Source: Escherichia coli
Lineage (GTDB): Bacteria > Pseudomonadota > Gammaproteobacteria > Enterobacterales > Enterobacteriaceae
DNA: 64,000 nt
Assembly (NCBI RefSeq): GCF_048403405.1
Contig: NZ_CP183129.1
Direction: 5' to 3' (one strand)
The notes beneath the pieces were generated by a model. It saw only the letters and a list, made by a program, of their open reading frames with translations. It was not told where the DNA came from and made no database searches. This document shows positions 48,101 through 60,900 of the stretch, piece after piece (the first letter of the stretch is position 1; each line of letters opens with the position of its first letter). The position numbers and the translations under genes are program-made.

Positions 48101-51100
48101 GCGGTTTATGTCAGTTGCCTGACGACGGCTAACAATCCTGCCAGCAGCATTACGCTGGAAGTGGTGGACCCGGCGCAGTGGAACGCGGCAGCAAATGCGG
48201 CGAAGCTGAAAAAAGGCGAAACGCTACAGGTGAAGGTGACGGTAAAAGATGCTCAGGGCAATCCATTGGGTGATATGCCTTTTACGCTGAAGCGTGGCGA
48301 TGGTTATACCCGATCAAACGAAAAACACATTGCCGGTAGCGGTGATGCGCTGGTTGCGCCGGTTGTGATCAATAGTGGCCTGGCGGATGAAACTTCGCTC
48401 AATGATACCGCCGCAGCATACAGCGCGATGACCGGTAGCGATGGCACTAAAATTCTCACTATTACCCGCCCGGATACCCATGGCACAAAAACGTCGCTGA
48501 CCGCCGCGCTCTATTCAGACACAACGAAAAAAGCGACCCTCGATACCATTTTTACCGTTGTCACCAGCCCAGACAGCAATAAAGCGAAAATGTGGGGGCA
48601 TATGCCGGAAACGGTGACGGCTGCGGATGGAACGGTCTTTAAACGCCCATTATTGTTGAAAGAGTTATCCAGTACGTCGGGTCGAACAGCGATTGCAGAA
48701 GATAATGAGGACTGGGCGCAATTTACCCAAACTCAGGCGACAAGCACATCCTCTAATGGTTGTGGTAGTGAATATGTTCCCTCTCAGGCCGGGCTGGAGT
48801 CATTGTATGAAGCCAACCGCGGCAATGCGATGAAAACGGTTCAGGGCTGGCCCGTCGCCTCAAGTTACCTTACCAGCACGACAGGCAGCAGTAGTCTGGA
48901 ACAGCGTGACTTAAAGGCCGTCAATCTCAGTTCAGGCACCAGTTCGATAATTCCATCGGCCACAAAAGAACTGCTTACCTGCCAGACGACGCCGATCGTC
49001 AAGGCTAGCCAAATCGTTCTTGAGGCTGCGGACCCCACAAAATTTGACAGTACGAATAATGTTGTCAAAGCGAAAAAAGGGGAAGAAGTCGTGGTTCGCG
49101 TGACCACTAAAGATTCGCAGGGTAACCCGGTGGGAAATACCGCGTTTACGCTTAAACGTAACCTTAGCGTCAATCGGGCAAATGCGTCTACAACGGTGAC
49201 AGCAGGCGCGCTCATCGTGACGGATGCCTGGGGTAACACGCAGAGTAATTTTTCCTCAACAACAGCACTGATTTATGGCGTTACCGGCGCAGATGGTACG
49301 ACAACACTTGCACTGAAACAGGACAATACCACGGGTTTAAAAACCGAACTGACCGCCATGCTGGATACAGATAATAACGTAAAATCAATGCTTCCGGTGG
49401 TCTTTACGGTGATAACCAGCCCCGATACCCCTAAAGCAAAATTCTGGGGGCATATGGCCGAAACGATGACCGGTGCTGGCGGGCTTATTTATAAAAGACC
49501 GTTATTGCAAGATGAGCTTTCCGTTACAACCAGTCGAAGCTCTTTTCAGGAAGATGGAGAGAGCTGGTCACTGTTCTCGCCGGACCAGTCGAACAACACA
49601 TCTGTAAATGGTTGCGGTGCAGGATATGTCCCGGTTGAAAGTGAGCTGGAGTCACTGTATGCCGATGAAGGTTACGTGCCAATACATGACGTTACGGGAT
49701 GGCCTGTATCACGCGCCTATATCTCCAGTACGGTTGTTGCCTATTACACTCAAACATTTAATTTTAAAGCGGTTTCGTTAAAAACGGGTGATGGAACGGA
49801 GGTCATGTCAAGCAGTATAGGACTGCTAAGTTGTCGGGCTACCCCAGTGGCGGTGACCAGCCACATTATTGTTGAAGCGAACGATGCGACACAATTTGTC
49901 AAAGTTGACGAAACCCTCAGCGCACTAAAACGGAAAAAAGGTGACGACGCGGTGATTCGCGTGGTGACAAAAGATGCGCAGGGAAATGTCGTACCAAATG
50001 TTCCGTTTATTCTCAAACGTGAAGGATCGACAAATCGCCAGAATGTACAGTTGTCGAACAGAACTATCACTGTAATCAACGCTGCGGGAACGTCGGCAAG
50101 AGTGGATACTCCATCAATCTCCCTTTATGCGGTGACAGGTGCAGACGGGACAGCCACGTTTACGGTAAAGCAGGATGATTCTATAGGCCTGGTAACCAAT
50201 GTGTACGCTCAGGCCTATCAGTCGAGCCTGGAATCCAACAAATTACCCGTGATGTTTACCGTGATAACCAGCCCGGATACCCCCCTGGCAAGTTACTGGG
50301 GGCATATGGCGGAAACGTTCACTACGCGTTCTGGTACTGCCTTCAAACGCCCCTTACTCTCTGCTGAAAGATCGTCGGGCCAGTCGTTTATAGAAGACAA
50401 TGAAGAGTGGGCCGTGTTGAGATCGGCAACAAAGGGGGATATCGATAAAAGCGGGTGCGATGTACATTATCAACCACTGTTAAGCGAACTACAGGCATTG
50501 TACGACGAACACCCAAGTCGTGCGATAAAGACCGATCTGGGTATTCCGGTAAATAGCTACTGGTGGGCTTACGACATGGTGGCATATGCGGGTAACTGGT
50601 ACGATCAATATATTTATCTGTTAAATGGATCAAGTGGAAGAGCGTCTTCAACCACCTCGGCATTAATGCTGTGCCTGGTAAACCCTCATCCAGAGGCGGC
50701 TTCTATTGAAATGACCTCAACGGCGGAGGATGCAACGAAAACGGCCAGCAATGATGGCAGGCCCAGCGCAACAGCGAAGAAGGGAGAGGTTATCCCGATG
50801 ACTGTTACGGTGCGAGATAGCGCAGGCAATCCACTGCCAGGTGCCAGCTTTAACCTTAAACGAGGAACTGCGCTGAACCGCGCTAAAGCTGCGTACGATG
50901 CCTCTGCAGATGATCTTACCATCATACCTGTGGAACCTACTGGGGTAACGTCAATCTTGTATGGGGATGGGACGCAGGCTCTTCTGAAGACAGGGAGCGA
51001 TGGTAAAGCTACGTTTGAGGTCAGCCAGAATAGCAGTTATGGGCTGTCAACGCCGCTCAGCGCAGAACTCATGCGCGATACCTCGAAAAGCGTCACGCTG

Positions 51101-53203
51101 GATGTCATTTTCACGGTGATAACCAGCCCGGATTCGCCAAAAGCGAAATACTGGGGCCATATGCCGGAAACGTTTACCAGTTCGGCAGGCGTGACCTTCA
51201 AGCGCCCATTACTGGCAGCGGAAGCGACTACGGGGAGCTCGGTAAACGGTAATAATGAGACATGGTCATATATATATAGTACTCAAAAAGCGACGGCAGA
51301 TTGTTCGCTGGAATATCAACCGCGCCTCAGCGAATTGCAGGGGTTATATGACGATCACCCAAACGGGGCGTTAACGAAAGATCTGGGGTTGCCGATAGCG
51401 TCAGGAAACTGGTGGATTTATGAATTGCTTAACTCCAATGGTAGCTCCTGGTATTACCAGGTCTTTAACCTAAGTACGGGACGAGCATCATCCGCACTCT
51501 CTCCGGTTGCTCTAATGCTCTGCCTGGCACAGCCTCACTCTAAGCCGTCAAGCGTTACCCTGACTTCAATAGCATTTGATGAGACGAGAACCGCAAGTAA
51601 CGGCGGTACACCTTCGGCATCGGCGAAAAAGGGCGAGACAATCCCGTTAGTCGTGACAGTAAAAGACCAAAATGGCAACCTGCTGAGTGGCGAGAGCGTG
51701 ACGCTTCAGCGGGCACAGGCGAAAAGTCGTTCAGGAATTAGGCCCTCATCGTCGGCAGATGATCTTATTGTAGATGTCATCACACCGACAGCGGTCAGCA
51801 TTCCCTTTACTCAGGATACGGCAAAATGGCTTGGCTTTACCGGCAGTGATGGCACAGTGACGTTCAATGTTACGCAAAACGCCACCACCGGCCTGGCAAC
51901 GCCGTTTACGGTCTCGCTTGCACAAGATCCGCAGATCACGTCAAACCTGGACCTGATATTTACCGTGGTCACCAGCCCTGACTCCCTGGATGCCAACTAC
52001 TGGGGCCATATGCCAGAAACGGTGACAGCGGCAAATGGAACCGTCTTTGAACGACCGAAATTGTGGAAGGAACTGCCATCGACCTCCGGGGTAAATAAAA
52101 CCAATAACAATAATGAGGACTGGCCCTATTTTTCGTCAACCACTAAAGCAAATTCCAGCCTCAGCCCTTGTGAGGAAGCCCGGCAACCGTTGCTCAGCGA
52201 TATGAAGTCACTGTATCAACGTTATCCCAATAACACCCTTACGACGGAAACTGGCTGGTCAGTTTATTATTACTGGTGGGCGCAGGATAAGACTACAGAT
52301 GGTAAAAATCAGTCGCTCAATATGAAAGATGGCACAACGACATTGAATGGTAATGCCGCTTATCAGGCGTGTCTGGTGTCTGCGCGCGCGACGGTTTCCA
52401 GCGTCACACTGACCTCAACAGCGTTTGATGCTGACAGCCAGGCGGCGAAAGTGAAAAAAGGCGAAGCCATGCCCGTTACCGTGACGGTGAAAGACAGCGC
52501 CGGGAATACGGTACCGAATGTGGAATTTACTTTGAAACGTGGCGATGCATCGCCGCGTAACGCTGGGGCGACGTTGTATGGTGATGTGGTGGCGATGGAC
52601 GATCTCATCGTTCAGCCGTTATCTGGTTCGGCTGTTACGCTGAGTGAAAGCGGTAATACCATTAGTGGCATGACAGGCGCGGATGGGACGGCAAGTTTTA
52701 CGCTCCGCCAGGATAATACCCCTGGTTATAAAACGCCACTGACGGTTACTCTGGCTAATTACGCTTCCGCGACAGACACGCTGGACGCTATTTTTACGGT
52801 ACCAACCAGCCCGAATGTTTCCTCGGCGCACTTTTGGGGACATATGGCAGACACTGTAGTGGTGAATGGTAAATCGCTACATCGACCGTTGTTAACGACA
52901 GAATTGCCGTCCGGGGCTAATCCCGTATCCTCACCGATTATTAACTACGAAAACTGGGCTTCTGCACATATCATTGATGCCAGTAAATGGGATATTGCAA
53001 GGCAGTGTGGCAGCATAGAAAATGCACCGACATACAATGAATTAGAGTTGTTGCACACTGTTTTTAATTCACTGGGATGGCCGTCTTCACCAAGTTTTCC
53101 TTATTTGTCCTCTCAACAGTGTGGGATGGACGAAGGCACTGGAGCACAGGATTGTAGTATCACGCTAATGAATAAACCGGGTCTGGTGACCTGCTTCCAG
53201 TAA
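45161..53203 (+). CDS. Giant secreted repetitive protein, RatA/RatB-like (Ig-like/adhesin-type tandem modules)
   Basis: 2680-aa uninterrupted ORF, signal peptide ...LPGWSWA; about nine ~270-aa tandem units each with (I/V)FTV(I/V)TSPD...WGHM, a Cys-containing segment and a KKGE...V.V.VKD..GN motif. Confidence 0.8.
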   Translation: MSLTLNKILVLCALLISAMLPGWSWAESAWQDSSDTVGEFNGTVPTADSASIPVYQGSVFLDPAKTHEVAFTAKPSEFSADISVSKLLVTNPQDREGDIISTPRWENQTPPTVSLVWADAATPDTLLDPQPVADRSFCAQGLAGRSLVAWAQPDPQQTMPLLYLLTSTGYPYESVLTLADQKVTLKIAPAQGDLISVSAAGYDESSGAAKTTVGGSITLTVTTKDCVGNVVGNIPFVIKRKDAENRQGVVNNTAPVKLGTTELTTTATEYRGTTDANGVATVTVTQANGPGVKTPLVASLAGIAQASETAVIFTVLTSPDVPQATMWGHMPDTLKARDYTFSRPKLAAEVDNEDGTVNDHNETWSTFTWSGADKHCDILPGMRQFGALATVVPTSVQDVAGWPMQGNFYWSSLAGMSGQHHAADVSNRSEAQKPDDTTFIVSCVDKEAPDVEPKLVLTPGSYDSTIKAMKVKVGEEASLRLTITDSKNNDQPLAYYYFSLHLDDGVNRKNQTDTAWQANPVQIAGGSNVHQVDAHTYEGITDANGEASLTLTQPGGVGVKTHITARMRSDFTASDEKDVIFTVITSPDSDKARMWGHMLGIIEANNIFKRPRLADETDNELGAVRENNEDWALFDQNSSMQAECGLGHIPSQSSLHSLFAAHPANVIGTEYGWPTLQKAYLSAVEETSHASVNLATGNIDTYSGFKQNYLSCSGNEMVAQIAATTDHDVSTSSRAQAKVGETITMTVRTFNALNNAPVPYTAFTITKDMGKNRQGQSTGFDDPTRGAIEMNGTLYGTSQPSLVYAGTTDAQGFATVEIKQPQGVGLATPLNIAPVNSYIPNTVNYNVIFTTLTSPDAVGAQMWGHMDETITVDALTFARPRLAAEVSSPDGTLTENNEVWSRVSQANTSSTSKGGCGANMLPRRSQLNALYDANSGNAVQTVHGWPTQRQPYWSSSPADQVPHYYTIALNDGARTVGGSTAVYVSCLTTANNPASSITLEVVDPAQWNAAANAAKLKKGETLQVKVTVKDAQGNPLGDMPFTLKRGDGYTRSNEKHIAGSGDALVAPVVINSGLADETSLNDTAAAYSAMTGSDGTKILTITRPDTHGTKTSLTAALYSDTTKKATLDTIFTVVTSPDSNKAKMWGHMPETVTAADGTVFKRPLLLKELSSTSGRTAIAEDNEDWAQFTQTQATSTSSNGCGSEYVPSQAGLESLYEANRGNAMKTVQGWPVASSYLTSTTGSSSLEQRDLKAVNLSSGTSSIIPSATKELLTCQTTPIVKASQIVLEAADPTKFDSTNNVVKAKKGEEVVVRVTTKDSQGNPVGNTAFTLKRNLSVNRANASTTVTAGALIVTDAWGNTQSNFSSTTALIYGVTGADGTTTLALKQDNTTGLKTELTAMLDTDNNVKSMLPVVFTVITSPDTPKAKFWGHMAETMTGAGGLIYKRPLLQDELSVTTSRSSFQEDGESWSLFSPDQSNNTSVNGCGAGYVPVESELESLYADEGYVPIHDVTGWPVSRAYISSTVVAYYTQTFNFKAVSLKTGDGTEVMSSSIGLLSCRATPVAVTSHIIVEANDATQFVKVDETLSALKRKKGDDAVIRVVTKDAQGNVVPNVPFILKREGSTNRQNVQLSNRTITVINAAGTSARVDTPSISLYAVTGADGTATFTVKQDDSIGLVTNVYAQAYQSSLESNKLPVMFTVITSPDTPLASYWGHMAETFTTRSGTAFKRPLLSAERSSGQSFIEDNEEWAVLRSATKGDIDKSGCDVHYQPLLSELQALYDEHPSRAIKTDLGIPVNSYWWAYDMVAYAGNWYDQYIYLLNGSSGRASSTTSALMLCLVNPHPEAASIEMTSTAEDATKTASNDGRPSATAKKGEVIPMTVTVRDSAGNPLPGASFNLKRGTALNRAKAAYDASADDLTIIPVEPTGVTSILYGDGTQALLKTGSDGKATFEVSQNSSYGLSTPLSAELMRDTSKSVTLDVIFTVITSPDSPKAKYWGHMPETFTSSAGVTFKRPLLAAEATTGSSVNGNNETWSYIYSTQKATADCSLEYQPRLSELQGLYDDHPNGALTKDLGLPIASGNWWIYELLNSNGSSWYYQVFNLSTGRASSALSPVALMLCLAQPHSKPSSVTLTSIAFDETRTASNGGTPSASAKKGETIPLVVTVKDQNGNLLSGESVTLQRAQAKSRSGIRPSSSADDLIVDVITPTAVSIPFTQDTAKWLGFTGSDGTVTFNVTQNATTGLATPFTVSLAQDPQITSNLDLIFTVVTSPDSLDANYWGHMPETVTAANGTVFERPKLWKELPSTSGVNKTNNNNEDWPYFSSTTKANSSLSPCEEARQPLLSDMKSLYQRYPNNTLTTETGWSVYYYWWAQDKTTDGKNQSLNMKDGTTTLNGNAAYQACLVSARATVSSVTLTSTAFDADSQAAKVKKGEAMPVTVTVKDSAGNTVPNVEFTLKRGDASPRNAGATLYGDVVAMDDLIVQPLSGSAVTLSESGNTISGMTGADGTASFTLRQDNTPGYKTPLTVTLANYASATDTLDAIFTVPTSPNVSSAHFWGHMADTVVVNGKSLHRPLLTTELPSGANPVSSPIINYENWASAHIIDASKWDIARQCGSIENAPTYNELELLHTVFNSLGWPSSPSFPYLSSQQCGMDEGTGAQDCSITLMNKPGLVTCFQ
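45760..53203 (+). repeat. Intragenic tandem repeat array (~9 units of ~805-853 bp) within giant gene
   Basis: TSPD...WGHM motif recurs near 46092, 46897, 47701, 48548, 49400, 50251, 51104, 51956, 52790 (manual count). Confidence 0.75.
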
Positions 53204-53262
53204 CCAGCATGGCGCATCTGGCGTGGCCTGGGAGCCAGTGCCGGATGCGATGCTGGCGCATC

Positions 53263-54800
<1,538 letters not shown>

Positions 54801-56267
54801 ATGCTACGTATCGCTAAAGAAGCTCTGACGTTTGACGACGTTCTCCTCGTTCCTGCTCATTCTACCGTTCTGCCGAATACTGCTGACCTCAGCACCCAGC
54901 TGACGAAAACTATTCGTCTGAATATCCCTATGCTTTCCGCAGCAATGGATACCGTAACGGAAGCGCGCCTGGCTATTGCTCTGGCTCAGGAAGGCGGTAT
55001 CGGCTTTATCCACAAAAATATGTCCATTGAACGCCAGGCGGAAGAAGTTCGCCGTGTGAAAAAACACGAATCTGGCGTGGTGACTGACCCGCAGACTGTT
55101 CTGCCAACCACGACGCTGCGCGAAGTGAAAGAACTGACCGAGCGTAACGGCTTTGCGGGCTACCCGGTCGTTACCGAAGAAAACGAACTGGTGGGTATTA
55201 TCACCGGTCGTGACGTACGTTTTGTTACCGACCTGAGCCAGCCGGTTAGCGTTTACATGACGCCGAAAGAACGTCTGGTCACCGTGCGTGAAGGTGAAGC
55301 CCGTGAAGTTGTGCTGGCAAAAATGCACGAAAAACGCGTTGAAAAAGCGCTGGTGGTTGATGACGAATTCCACCTGATCGGCATGATCACCGTGAAAGAT
55401 TTCCAGAAAGCAGAACGTAAACCGAACGCCTGTAAAGACGAGCAAGGCCGTCTGCGTGTTGGTGCAGCGGTTGGCGCGGGTGCGGGTAACGAAGAGCGTG
55501 TTGACGCGCTGGTTGCCGCAGGCGTTGACGTTCTGCTGATCGACTCCTCTCACGGTCACTCTGAAGGCGTTCTGCAGCGTATCCGTGAAACTCGTGCTAA
55601 ATATCCGGATCTGCAAATCATCGGCGGCAACGTGGCAACAGCTGCGGGGGCACGCGCTCTGGCAGAAGCTGGTTGCAGCGCGGTTAAAGTCGGCATTGGC
55701 CCTGGCTCTATCTGTACGACTCGTATCGTGACTGGCGTAGGTGTTCCGCAGATCACCGCCGTTGCTGACGCCGTAGAAGCCCTGGAAGGCACCGGTATTC
55801 CGGTTATCGCTGACGGTGGTATCCGTTTCTCAGGCGATATCGCCAAAGCTATCGCCGCAGGTGCAAGCGCGGTAATGGTGGGTTCCATGCTGGCGGGTAC
55901 TGAAGAATCTCCGGGTGAAATCGAACTCTACCAGGGCCGTTCTTACAAATCTTACCGTGGGATGGGCTCTCTGGGTGCGATGTCCAAAGGTTCTTCTGAC
56001 CGTTACTTCCAGAGCGACAACGCTGCCGACAAACTGGTGCCGGAAGGTATCGAAGGTCGCGTGGCCTATAAAGGTCGCCTGAAAGAGATCATTCACCAGC
56101 AGATGGGCGGCCTGCGCTCCTGTATGGGCCTGACCGGCTGTGGTACTATCGACGAACTGCGTACTAAAGCGGAGTTTGTACGTATCAGCGGTGCGGGCAT
56201 TCAGGAAAGCCACGTTCACGACGTGACCATTACTAAAGAGTCCCCGAACTACCGTCTGGGCTCCTGA
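54801..56267 (+). CDS. guaB: IMP dehydrogenase
   Basis: 488 aa from ATG 54801 ([21 protein letters not shown]...); CBS pair and catalytic loop [11 protein letters not shown]. Confidence 0.96.
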   Translation: MLRIAKEALTFDDVLLVPAHSTVLPNTADLSTQLTKTIRLNIPMLSAAMDTVTEARLAIALAQEGGIGFIHKNMSIERQAEEVRRVKKHESGVVTDPQTVLPTTTLREVKELTERNGFAGYPVVTEENELVGIITGRDVRFVTDLSQPVSVYMTPKERLVTVREGEAREVVLAKMHEKRVEKALVVDDEFHLIGMITVKDFQKAERKPNACKDEQGRLRVGAAVGAGAGNEERVDALVAAGVDVLLIDSSHGHSEGVLQRIRETRAKYPDLQIIGGNVATAAGARALAEAGCSAVKVGIGPGSICTTRIVTGVGVPQITAVADAVEALEGTGIPVIADGGIRFSGDIAKAIAAGASAVMVGSMLAGTEESPGEIELYQGRSYKSYRGMGSLGAMSKGSSDRYFQSDNAADKLVPEGIEGRVAYKGRLKEIIHQQMGGLRSCMGLTGCGTIDELRTKAEFVRISGAGIQESHVHDVTITKESPNYRLGS

Positions 56268-56335
56268 TTCTCTTCGCCCGACTTCATGTCGGGCGATTTA
56301 TATTATCTGTTTCACTTGCCTCGGAATAAGCGTCA

Positions 56336-57913
56336 ATGACGGAAAACATTCATAAGCATCGCATCCTCATTCTGGACTTCGGTTCTCAGTACACTCAACT
56401 GGTTGCGCGCCGCGTGCGTGAACTGGGTGTTTACTGCGTACTGTGGGCGTGGGATGTGACAGAAGCACAAATTCGTGACTTCAACCCAAGCGGCATTATT
56501 CTTTCCGGCGGCCCGGAAAGCACCACCGAAGAAAACAGCCCGCGTGCGCCGCAGTATGTCTTTGAAGCAGGCGTACCGGTATTCGGCGTTTGCTATGGCA
56601 TGCAGACCATGGCAATGCAGTTGGGCGGTCACGTTGAAGCCTCTAACGAACGTGAATTTGGCTACGCGCAGGTTGAAGTCGTAAACGACAGCGCACTGGT
56701 TCGCGGTATCGAAGATGCGCTGACTGCAGACGGTAAACCGCTGCTCGATGTCTGGATGAGCCACGGCGATAAAGTTACCGCTATCCCGTCCGACTTCGTC
56801 ACCGTAGCCAGCACCGAAAGCTGCCCGTTTGCCATTATGGCCAACGAAGAAAAACGCTTCTACGGCGTACAGTTCCACCCGGAAGTGACTCACACCCGCC
56901 AGGGTATGCGCATGCTGGAGCGCTTTGTGCGTGATATCTGCCAGTGTGAAGCCCTGTGGACGCCGGCGAAAATTATCGACGACGCTGTAGCTCGCATCCG
57001 CGAGCAGGTGGGCGACGATAAAGTCATCCTCGGCCTTTCTGGTGGCGTGGATTCCTCCGTAACCGCAATGCTGCTGCACCGCGCTATCGGTAAAAACCTG
57101 ACTTGCGTATTCGTCGACAACGGCCTGCTGCGTCTCAACGAAGCAGAGCAGGTTCTGGATATGTTTGGCGATCACTTTGGTCTCAATATTGTTCACGTTC
57201 CGGCAGAAGATCGCTTCCTGTCAGCGCTGGCTGGCGAAAACGATCCGGAAGCAAAACGTAAAATCATCGGGCGCGTTTTCGTTGAAGTATTCGATGAAGA
57301 AGCGCTGAAACTGGAAGACGTGAAGTGGCTGGCGCAGGGTACTATCTACCCTGACGTTATCGAATCTGCGGCGTCTGCAACCGGTAAAGCACACGTCATC
57401 AAATCTCACCACAACGTGGGCGGCCTGCCGAAAGAGATGAAGATGGGCCTGGTTGAACCGCTGAAAGAGCTGTTCAAAGACGAAGTGCGTAAGATTGGTC
57501 TGGAGCTGGGCCTGCCGTACGACATGCTGTACCGTCATCCGTTCCCGGGACCAGGCCTTGGCGTTCGTGTTCTGGGTGAAGTGAAGAAAGAGTACTGTGA
57601 CCTGCTGCGCCGCGCTGACGCCATCTTCATTGAAGAACTGCGTAAAGCGGGCCTGTACGACAAAGTCAGCCAGGCGTTCACCGTCTTCCTGCCAGTACGT
57701 TCCGTTGGCGTAATGGGCGATGGTCGTAAGTATGACTGGGTTGTCTCTCTGCGTGCTGTCGAAACCATCGACTTTATGACCGCACACTGGGCGCATCTGC
57801 CGTACGATTTCCTCGGTCGCGTTTCCAACCGCATTATCAATGAAGTGAACGGTATTTCCCGCGTGGTGTATGACATCAGCGGCAAGCCGCCAGCTACCAT
57901 TGAGTGGGAATGA
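56336..57913 (+). CDS. guaA: GMP synthase (glutamine-hydrolysing)
   Basis: 525 aa; GATase domain plus ATP-PPase motif SGGVDSSV. Confidence 0.96.
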   Translation: MTENIHKHRILILDFGSQYTQLVARRVRELGVYCVLWAWDVTEAQIRDFNPSGIILSGGPESTTEENSPRAPQYVFEAGVPVFGVCYGMQTMAMQLGGHVEASNEREFGYAQVEVVNDSALVRGIEDALTADGKPLLDVWMSHGDKVTAIPSDFVTVASTESCPFAIMANEEKRFYGVQFHPEVTHTRQGMRMLERFVRDICQCEALWTPAKIIDDAVARIREQVGDDKVILGLSGGVDSSVTAMLLHRAIGKNLTCVFVDNGLLRLNEAEQVLDMFGDHFGLNIVHVPAEDRFLSALAGENDPEAKRKIIGRVFVEVFDEEALKLEDVKWLAQGTIYPDVIESAASATGKAHVIKSHHNVGGLPKEMKMGLVEPLKELFKDEVRKIGLELGLPYDMLYRHPFPGPGLGVRVLGEVKKEYCDLLRRADAIFIEELRKAGLYDKVSQAFTVFLPVRSVGVMGDGRKYDWVVSLRAVETIDFMTAHWAHLPYDFLGRVSNRIINEVNGISRVVYDISGKPPATIEWE

Positions 57914-57959
57914 TTAACAGCTAACTCATAGCAAATCATTCCTATTCAGATGCCAACTC

Positions 57960-57992
57960 AACCCTCTGTTTTTGCAGAGGGTTTTTGTTTTT
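57960..57992 (+). terminator. Rho-independent terminator of guaBA
   Basis: ccctctg-tttttg-cagaggg hairpin followed by TTTTTGTTTTT. Confidence 0.75.
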
Positions 57993-58105
57993 ATGTATTC
58001 ATTTCTATTCACTCTACACCATATTTTTCGGCGGTACAGGTGACGGTATTACCTTAAAGGTATACTCTCATACCGTCATGAAAATGGTTTCTATACGGGT
58101 GAATT

Positions 58106-59356
58106 GTGCTTACCGATACAAAATTAAAAAACCTCAAGCCGCAGGACAAACTGTACAAGGTCTCCGATCGTGACGGGCTGTATGTAGCTGTGCTTACGTC
58201 AGGCACGGTCTCGTTTCGCTATGACTACCGTATCAACGGTCGCCGCGAAACACTGGTAATCGGGCAGTATGGGCGTGACGGTATCAGCCTGGCAGAAGCG
58301 CGAGAAGAACTGATTGCTGCAAAGAAGCTGCTTAAAGCAGGCCAGTCACCGGCTGCGGCTAAACGTGACGGTATCAAAAAGATTCGTGGTGCCGAGACGT
58401 TTGCGGTACATACCGACAGTTATATGAAACATGTCATCCTGGCTGACAGTACCCGCGCAATGAAGCAGGCGGTGATCGACCGTGACATACTTCCGGTTCT
58501 TGGCAACAAAATGATGACTGAAATTACCACATCGATGGTTCGTGATTTGTGTGACCGGATTGTCGAACGCGGTGGTCGGGCAACAGCAGTGCAGGCCAGG
58601 GAGATCATCAGCAGCGTATACCGTCACGCCAATGACCGTGGTCATGGTTTGTTTAATCCTGCGGCTGACATTAAACCTTCGTCTATCGCCATATTTAAAC
58701 CACGAGAGCGAACACTGACGCCAGAAGAAATTGGCCTGTTCTTCCGCACGCTGGATGCCATTGGTGCTATGGGCACTATGAAAATGGCTTTAAAGCTGGT
58801 GCTTATCACTATGGTTCGTAAAGGCGAATTCACCAATGCAACGTGGGACGAAATAGATTTTAAAAAATGGACATGGACAATTCCTTCAGACCGCATGAAG
58901 GGAAGCCGGGCGCATGTTATTTACCTGCCTAAACAGGCACAGGATATATTGGTCGGGTTGCAGATGTGCGCTGGTGGAAGTGAATATCTGGTTCCTGGTC
59001 GTTACAACTTCCGGAAGCCATTATCTAATGCCGCGCTGAACTCTCTGATCGACAGAACGGTGAAAATAATAAATGAAGATGGTGAGCATATTCAGGACTT
59101 CACCGTACATGATATGCGCCGTACAGCCAGTACGTTGTTGCATGAGGCTGGTTATCCTTCAGACTGGATTGAAAAGGCTCTGGCACATGAGCAGAAAGGT
59201 GTGCGCGCCGTATATAACAAAGCGGAATACGCCAGACAGCGCGCCTACATGTTGCAGCAGTGGGCCGATATGATTGATTCCTGGATTGACGGGGAGCATA
59301 CGGATCTGATTCCGTTCTCCCCGTCGAAGTTTGAGAAGTGGATGGCGGGAGAATAA
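58106..59356 (+). CDS. Tyrosine recombinase, P4-type phage integrase
   Basis: GTG start; N-terminus LTDTKLKNLKPQDKLYKVSDRDGLYVAV...FRYDYRINGRRE typical of P4-family integrase arm-binding domain; C-terminal catalytic region with HDMRRT and Y near end. Confidence 0.9.
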   Translation: MLTDTKLKNLKPQDKLYKVSDRDGLYVAVLTSGTVSFRYDYRINGRRETLVIGQYGRDGISLAEAREELIAAKKLLKAGQSPAAAKRDGIKKIRGAETFAVHTDSYMKHVILADSTRAMKQAVIDRDILPVLGNKMMTEITTSMVRDLCDRIVERGGRATAVQAREIISSVYRHANDRGHGLFNPAADIKPSSIAIFKPRERTLTPEEIGLFFRTLDAIGAMGTMKMALKLVLITMVRKGEFTNATWDEIDFKKWTWTIPSDRMKGSRAHVIYLPKQAQDILVGLQMCAGGSEYLVPGRYNFRKPLSNAALNSLIDRTVKIINEDGEHIQDFTVHDMRRTASTLLHEAGYPSDWIEKALAHEQKGVRAVYNKAEYARQRAYMLQQWADMIDSWIDGEHTDLIPFSPSKFEKWMAGE

Positions 59357-59359
59357 CGT

Positions 59360-59554
59360 TTAATAGTTCTGCTGATTTTCTTCCATCTCGGCTTCTGCTG
59401 CCAGTGATTCAATTTTGTCTGCGAATATTGCTGACAGCGTTGCAAATTCAGCATCAGTGACAGCGGGAATTGGAACAAACCTGATCCCGCTGTGTGCAAG
59501 CATGTTTGCAGTTTCAAGGCATTTCCTTAAATCTGCTGGTGATGCCCTGTTCAT
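59360..59554 (-). CDS. Hypothetical small phage protein (64 aa)
   Basis: ATG 59554 overlaps methyltransferase stop (ATGA coupling); acidic C-terminus; no recognised family. Confidence 0.4.
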   Translation of the reverse strand: MNRASPADLRKCLETANMLAHSGIRFVPIPAVTDAEFATLSAIFADKIESLAAEAEMEENQQNY

Positions 59555-60201
59555 GCTGCACGCTCCCGCCCCTGGTTGTCTGTTGGTGACAGCGGAGCAT
59601 TGCTGAATGCATTTGTTAATTCGGCAATATCCAACGCGTATCCAGGGTGTAGTTGCACTGCCGGGTCTTCGCACTGATTACCCCAAACATCGAAGCCATG
59701 AGACGTCTGGCGGGCGAACAGTTCAATGCGAGAAACATCGCCTAACAATTGCACAAGTTTTTCACGAACAATATCTGGTTTTCTTGAATGCTCAAGCCGC
59801 GGTGCGGTAAATGACTGAACGATCCCTGCATTAATGCGCGTAGGTAGTTTTCCCTTTACTGCAAACAGGCAATCTTCACTATTGGCGCGAGTCATGTGTC
59901 CCATACCCATAACCAGTTTATCTGGTTGTCGACTACCACATTTTATCCACGTGAAGCCCTTCATGGTCATCAGACGGAATCCCCAGACTTCAACAACTTT
60001 TAGTGCTTCGAGTGGTTGTGTTGGCACCCACCACATGGCCAACAGACAGTTTTCATCGGCCAAATCCCACACAGGAAGGCGGCAGATATCCAGCACACTC
60101 ATAACCGGGTATTTAAAACCGGCACCGCGATTACCATCTGCGGCTTTGTCCCGGTATACCCAGGGTGGATCTGCATAGATTAGTGTGTATTTCTTAGTCA
60201 T
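59551..60201 (-). CDS. MT-A70 family DNA N6-adenine methyltransferase (phage-type)
   Basis: MTKKYTLIYADPPWVY... with catalytic DPPW motif; start at ATG 60201 preferred (GGGGTGG RBS), ORF-track GTG 60213 possible. Confidence 0.8.
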   Translation of the reverse strand: MTKKYTLIYADPPWVYRDKAADGNRGAGFKYPVMSVLDICRLPVWDLADENCLLAMWWVPTQPLEALKVVEVWGFRLMTMKGFTWIKCGSRQPDKLVMGMGHMTRANSEDCLFAVKGKLPTRINAGIVQSFTAPRLEHSRKPDIVREKLVQLLGDVSRIELFARQTSHGFDVWGNQCEDPAVQLHPGYALDIAELTNAFSNAPLSPTDNQGRERAA

Positions 60202-60493
60202 AAACCACCCCACAACATCCTATGCCGCTATAGTCGCCACGGCGAAGGCCGTTACCTTTTGTGATACATTGGTCCCTGCGAACCGCGATCCTTGCACGCT
60301 CAACATCACCAGAAGCAACATCCATACACTGAAGCCAAAGGTGGGCGGCAATGCGGAACTGCCCTTTTTTCTCTCTTTCAATCGCGCGTTTTTCGATCTC
60401 TATCGCCGCAGGAGTAACGGCAACAACCTTTGAAGGGCTGCGCATTGAAACCTTGTTCATGTGATATTTTTCAAGTCGGCTTAACTTTCTCAC
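60194..60493 (-). CDS. Hypothetical phage protein (start uncertain)
   Basis: ORF overlapping methylase start by 8 bp; basic/charged; no recognised motif. Confidence 0.35.
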   Translation of the reverse strand: MRKLSRLEKYHMNKVSMRSPSKVVAVTPAAIEIEKRAIEREKKGQFRIAAHLWLQCMDVASGDVERARIAVRRDQCITKGNGLRRGDYSGIGCCGVVYD

Positions 60494-60602
60494 TTAATCC
60501 AACCCTCTCTGAAAATTAATGCCAGCAGATAAAGCCATGCTGAAACAGAGGCCAGGAATAAGTACCATCCTGACCATTTGCTCCAGTGCCTTAGCAGCAC
60601 AC

Positions 60603-60851
60603 TCATTCCGCGTTGCTCACGGGACGATATACACGTTGCTGAACAGGAGGTTTTTTACCCTGGAACTCTGCCGGGCTTGCTGCATGACGTTCATCAAGCC
60701 AACGCTCAACTTCATCACGGTTCCATGCGCAGCGTTTATCGGTGATATACCAGCGTTTAGGAAATTCCCCTGCGCGCTCCATACGGTCGATAGTGCTCCA
60801 TGACAGTGGAACCACCGCCAGGAGTTCCTTCTTACCTAATGCACCTTTCAT
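60603..60851 (-). CDS. AlpA-family DNA-binding protein (putative excisionase / phage transcriptional regulator)
   Basis: 82 aa; LSWSTIDRMERAGEFPKRWYITDKRCAWNRDEVERWL fits the AlpA/Vis winged-helix pattern. Confidence 0.65.
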   Translation of the reverse strand: MKGALGKKELLAVVPLSWSTIDRMERAGEFPKRWYITDKRCAWNRDEVERWLDERHAASPAEFQGKKPPVQQRVYRPVSNAE

Positions 60852-60900
60852 AAATACCTCTCTTGGTTGCAGTGCGGCGCGCGTGGCGCCGCGGTGGTGG

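Larger units (their letters stand above)
41622..53262. other. Accessory genomic island inserted between yfgJ and xseA (CS54-like: sinH, sinI, giant RatA/RatB-like gene)
   Basis: In K-12 yfgJ and xseA are adjacent; here ~11.6 kb with three secreted-protein genes and an AT-rich leader; no integrase or transposase. Confidence 0.8.

Noticed and set aside
45760-53203. Possible CRISPR array or other non-coding tandem repeat
   Set aside because: Repeat period is ~805-853 bp, the copies are diverged, and they are in-frame within one continuous 2680-aa ORF with a signal peptide; these are protein domain repeats.
45161-53203. Naming the giant gene ratA
   Set aside because: The name RatA is also used in E. 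coli K-12 for an unrelated small ribosome-associated toxin; to avoid conflation the symbol is left blank and the protein is described as RatA/RatB-like of the Salmonella CS54 type.
57914-58105. tRNA gene as the prophage attachment site
   Set aside because: No cloverleaf-compatible tRNA sequence is apparent between guaA and the integrase; the att core cannot be defined without the right end of the element, which is outside the window.
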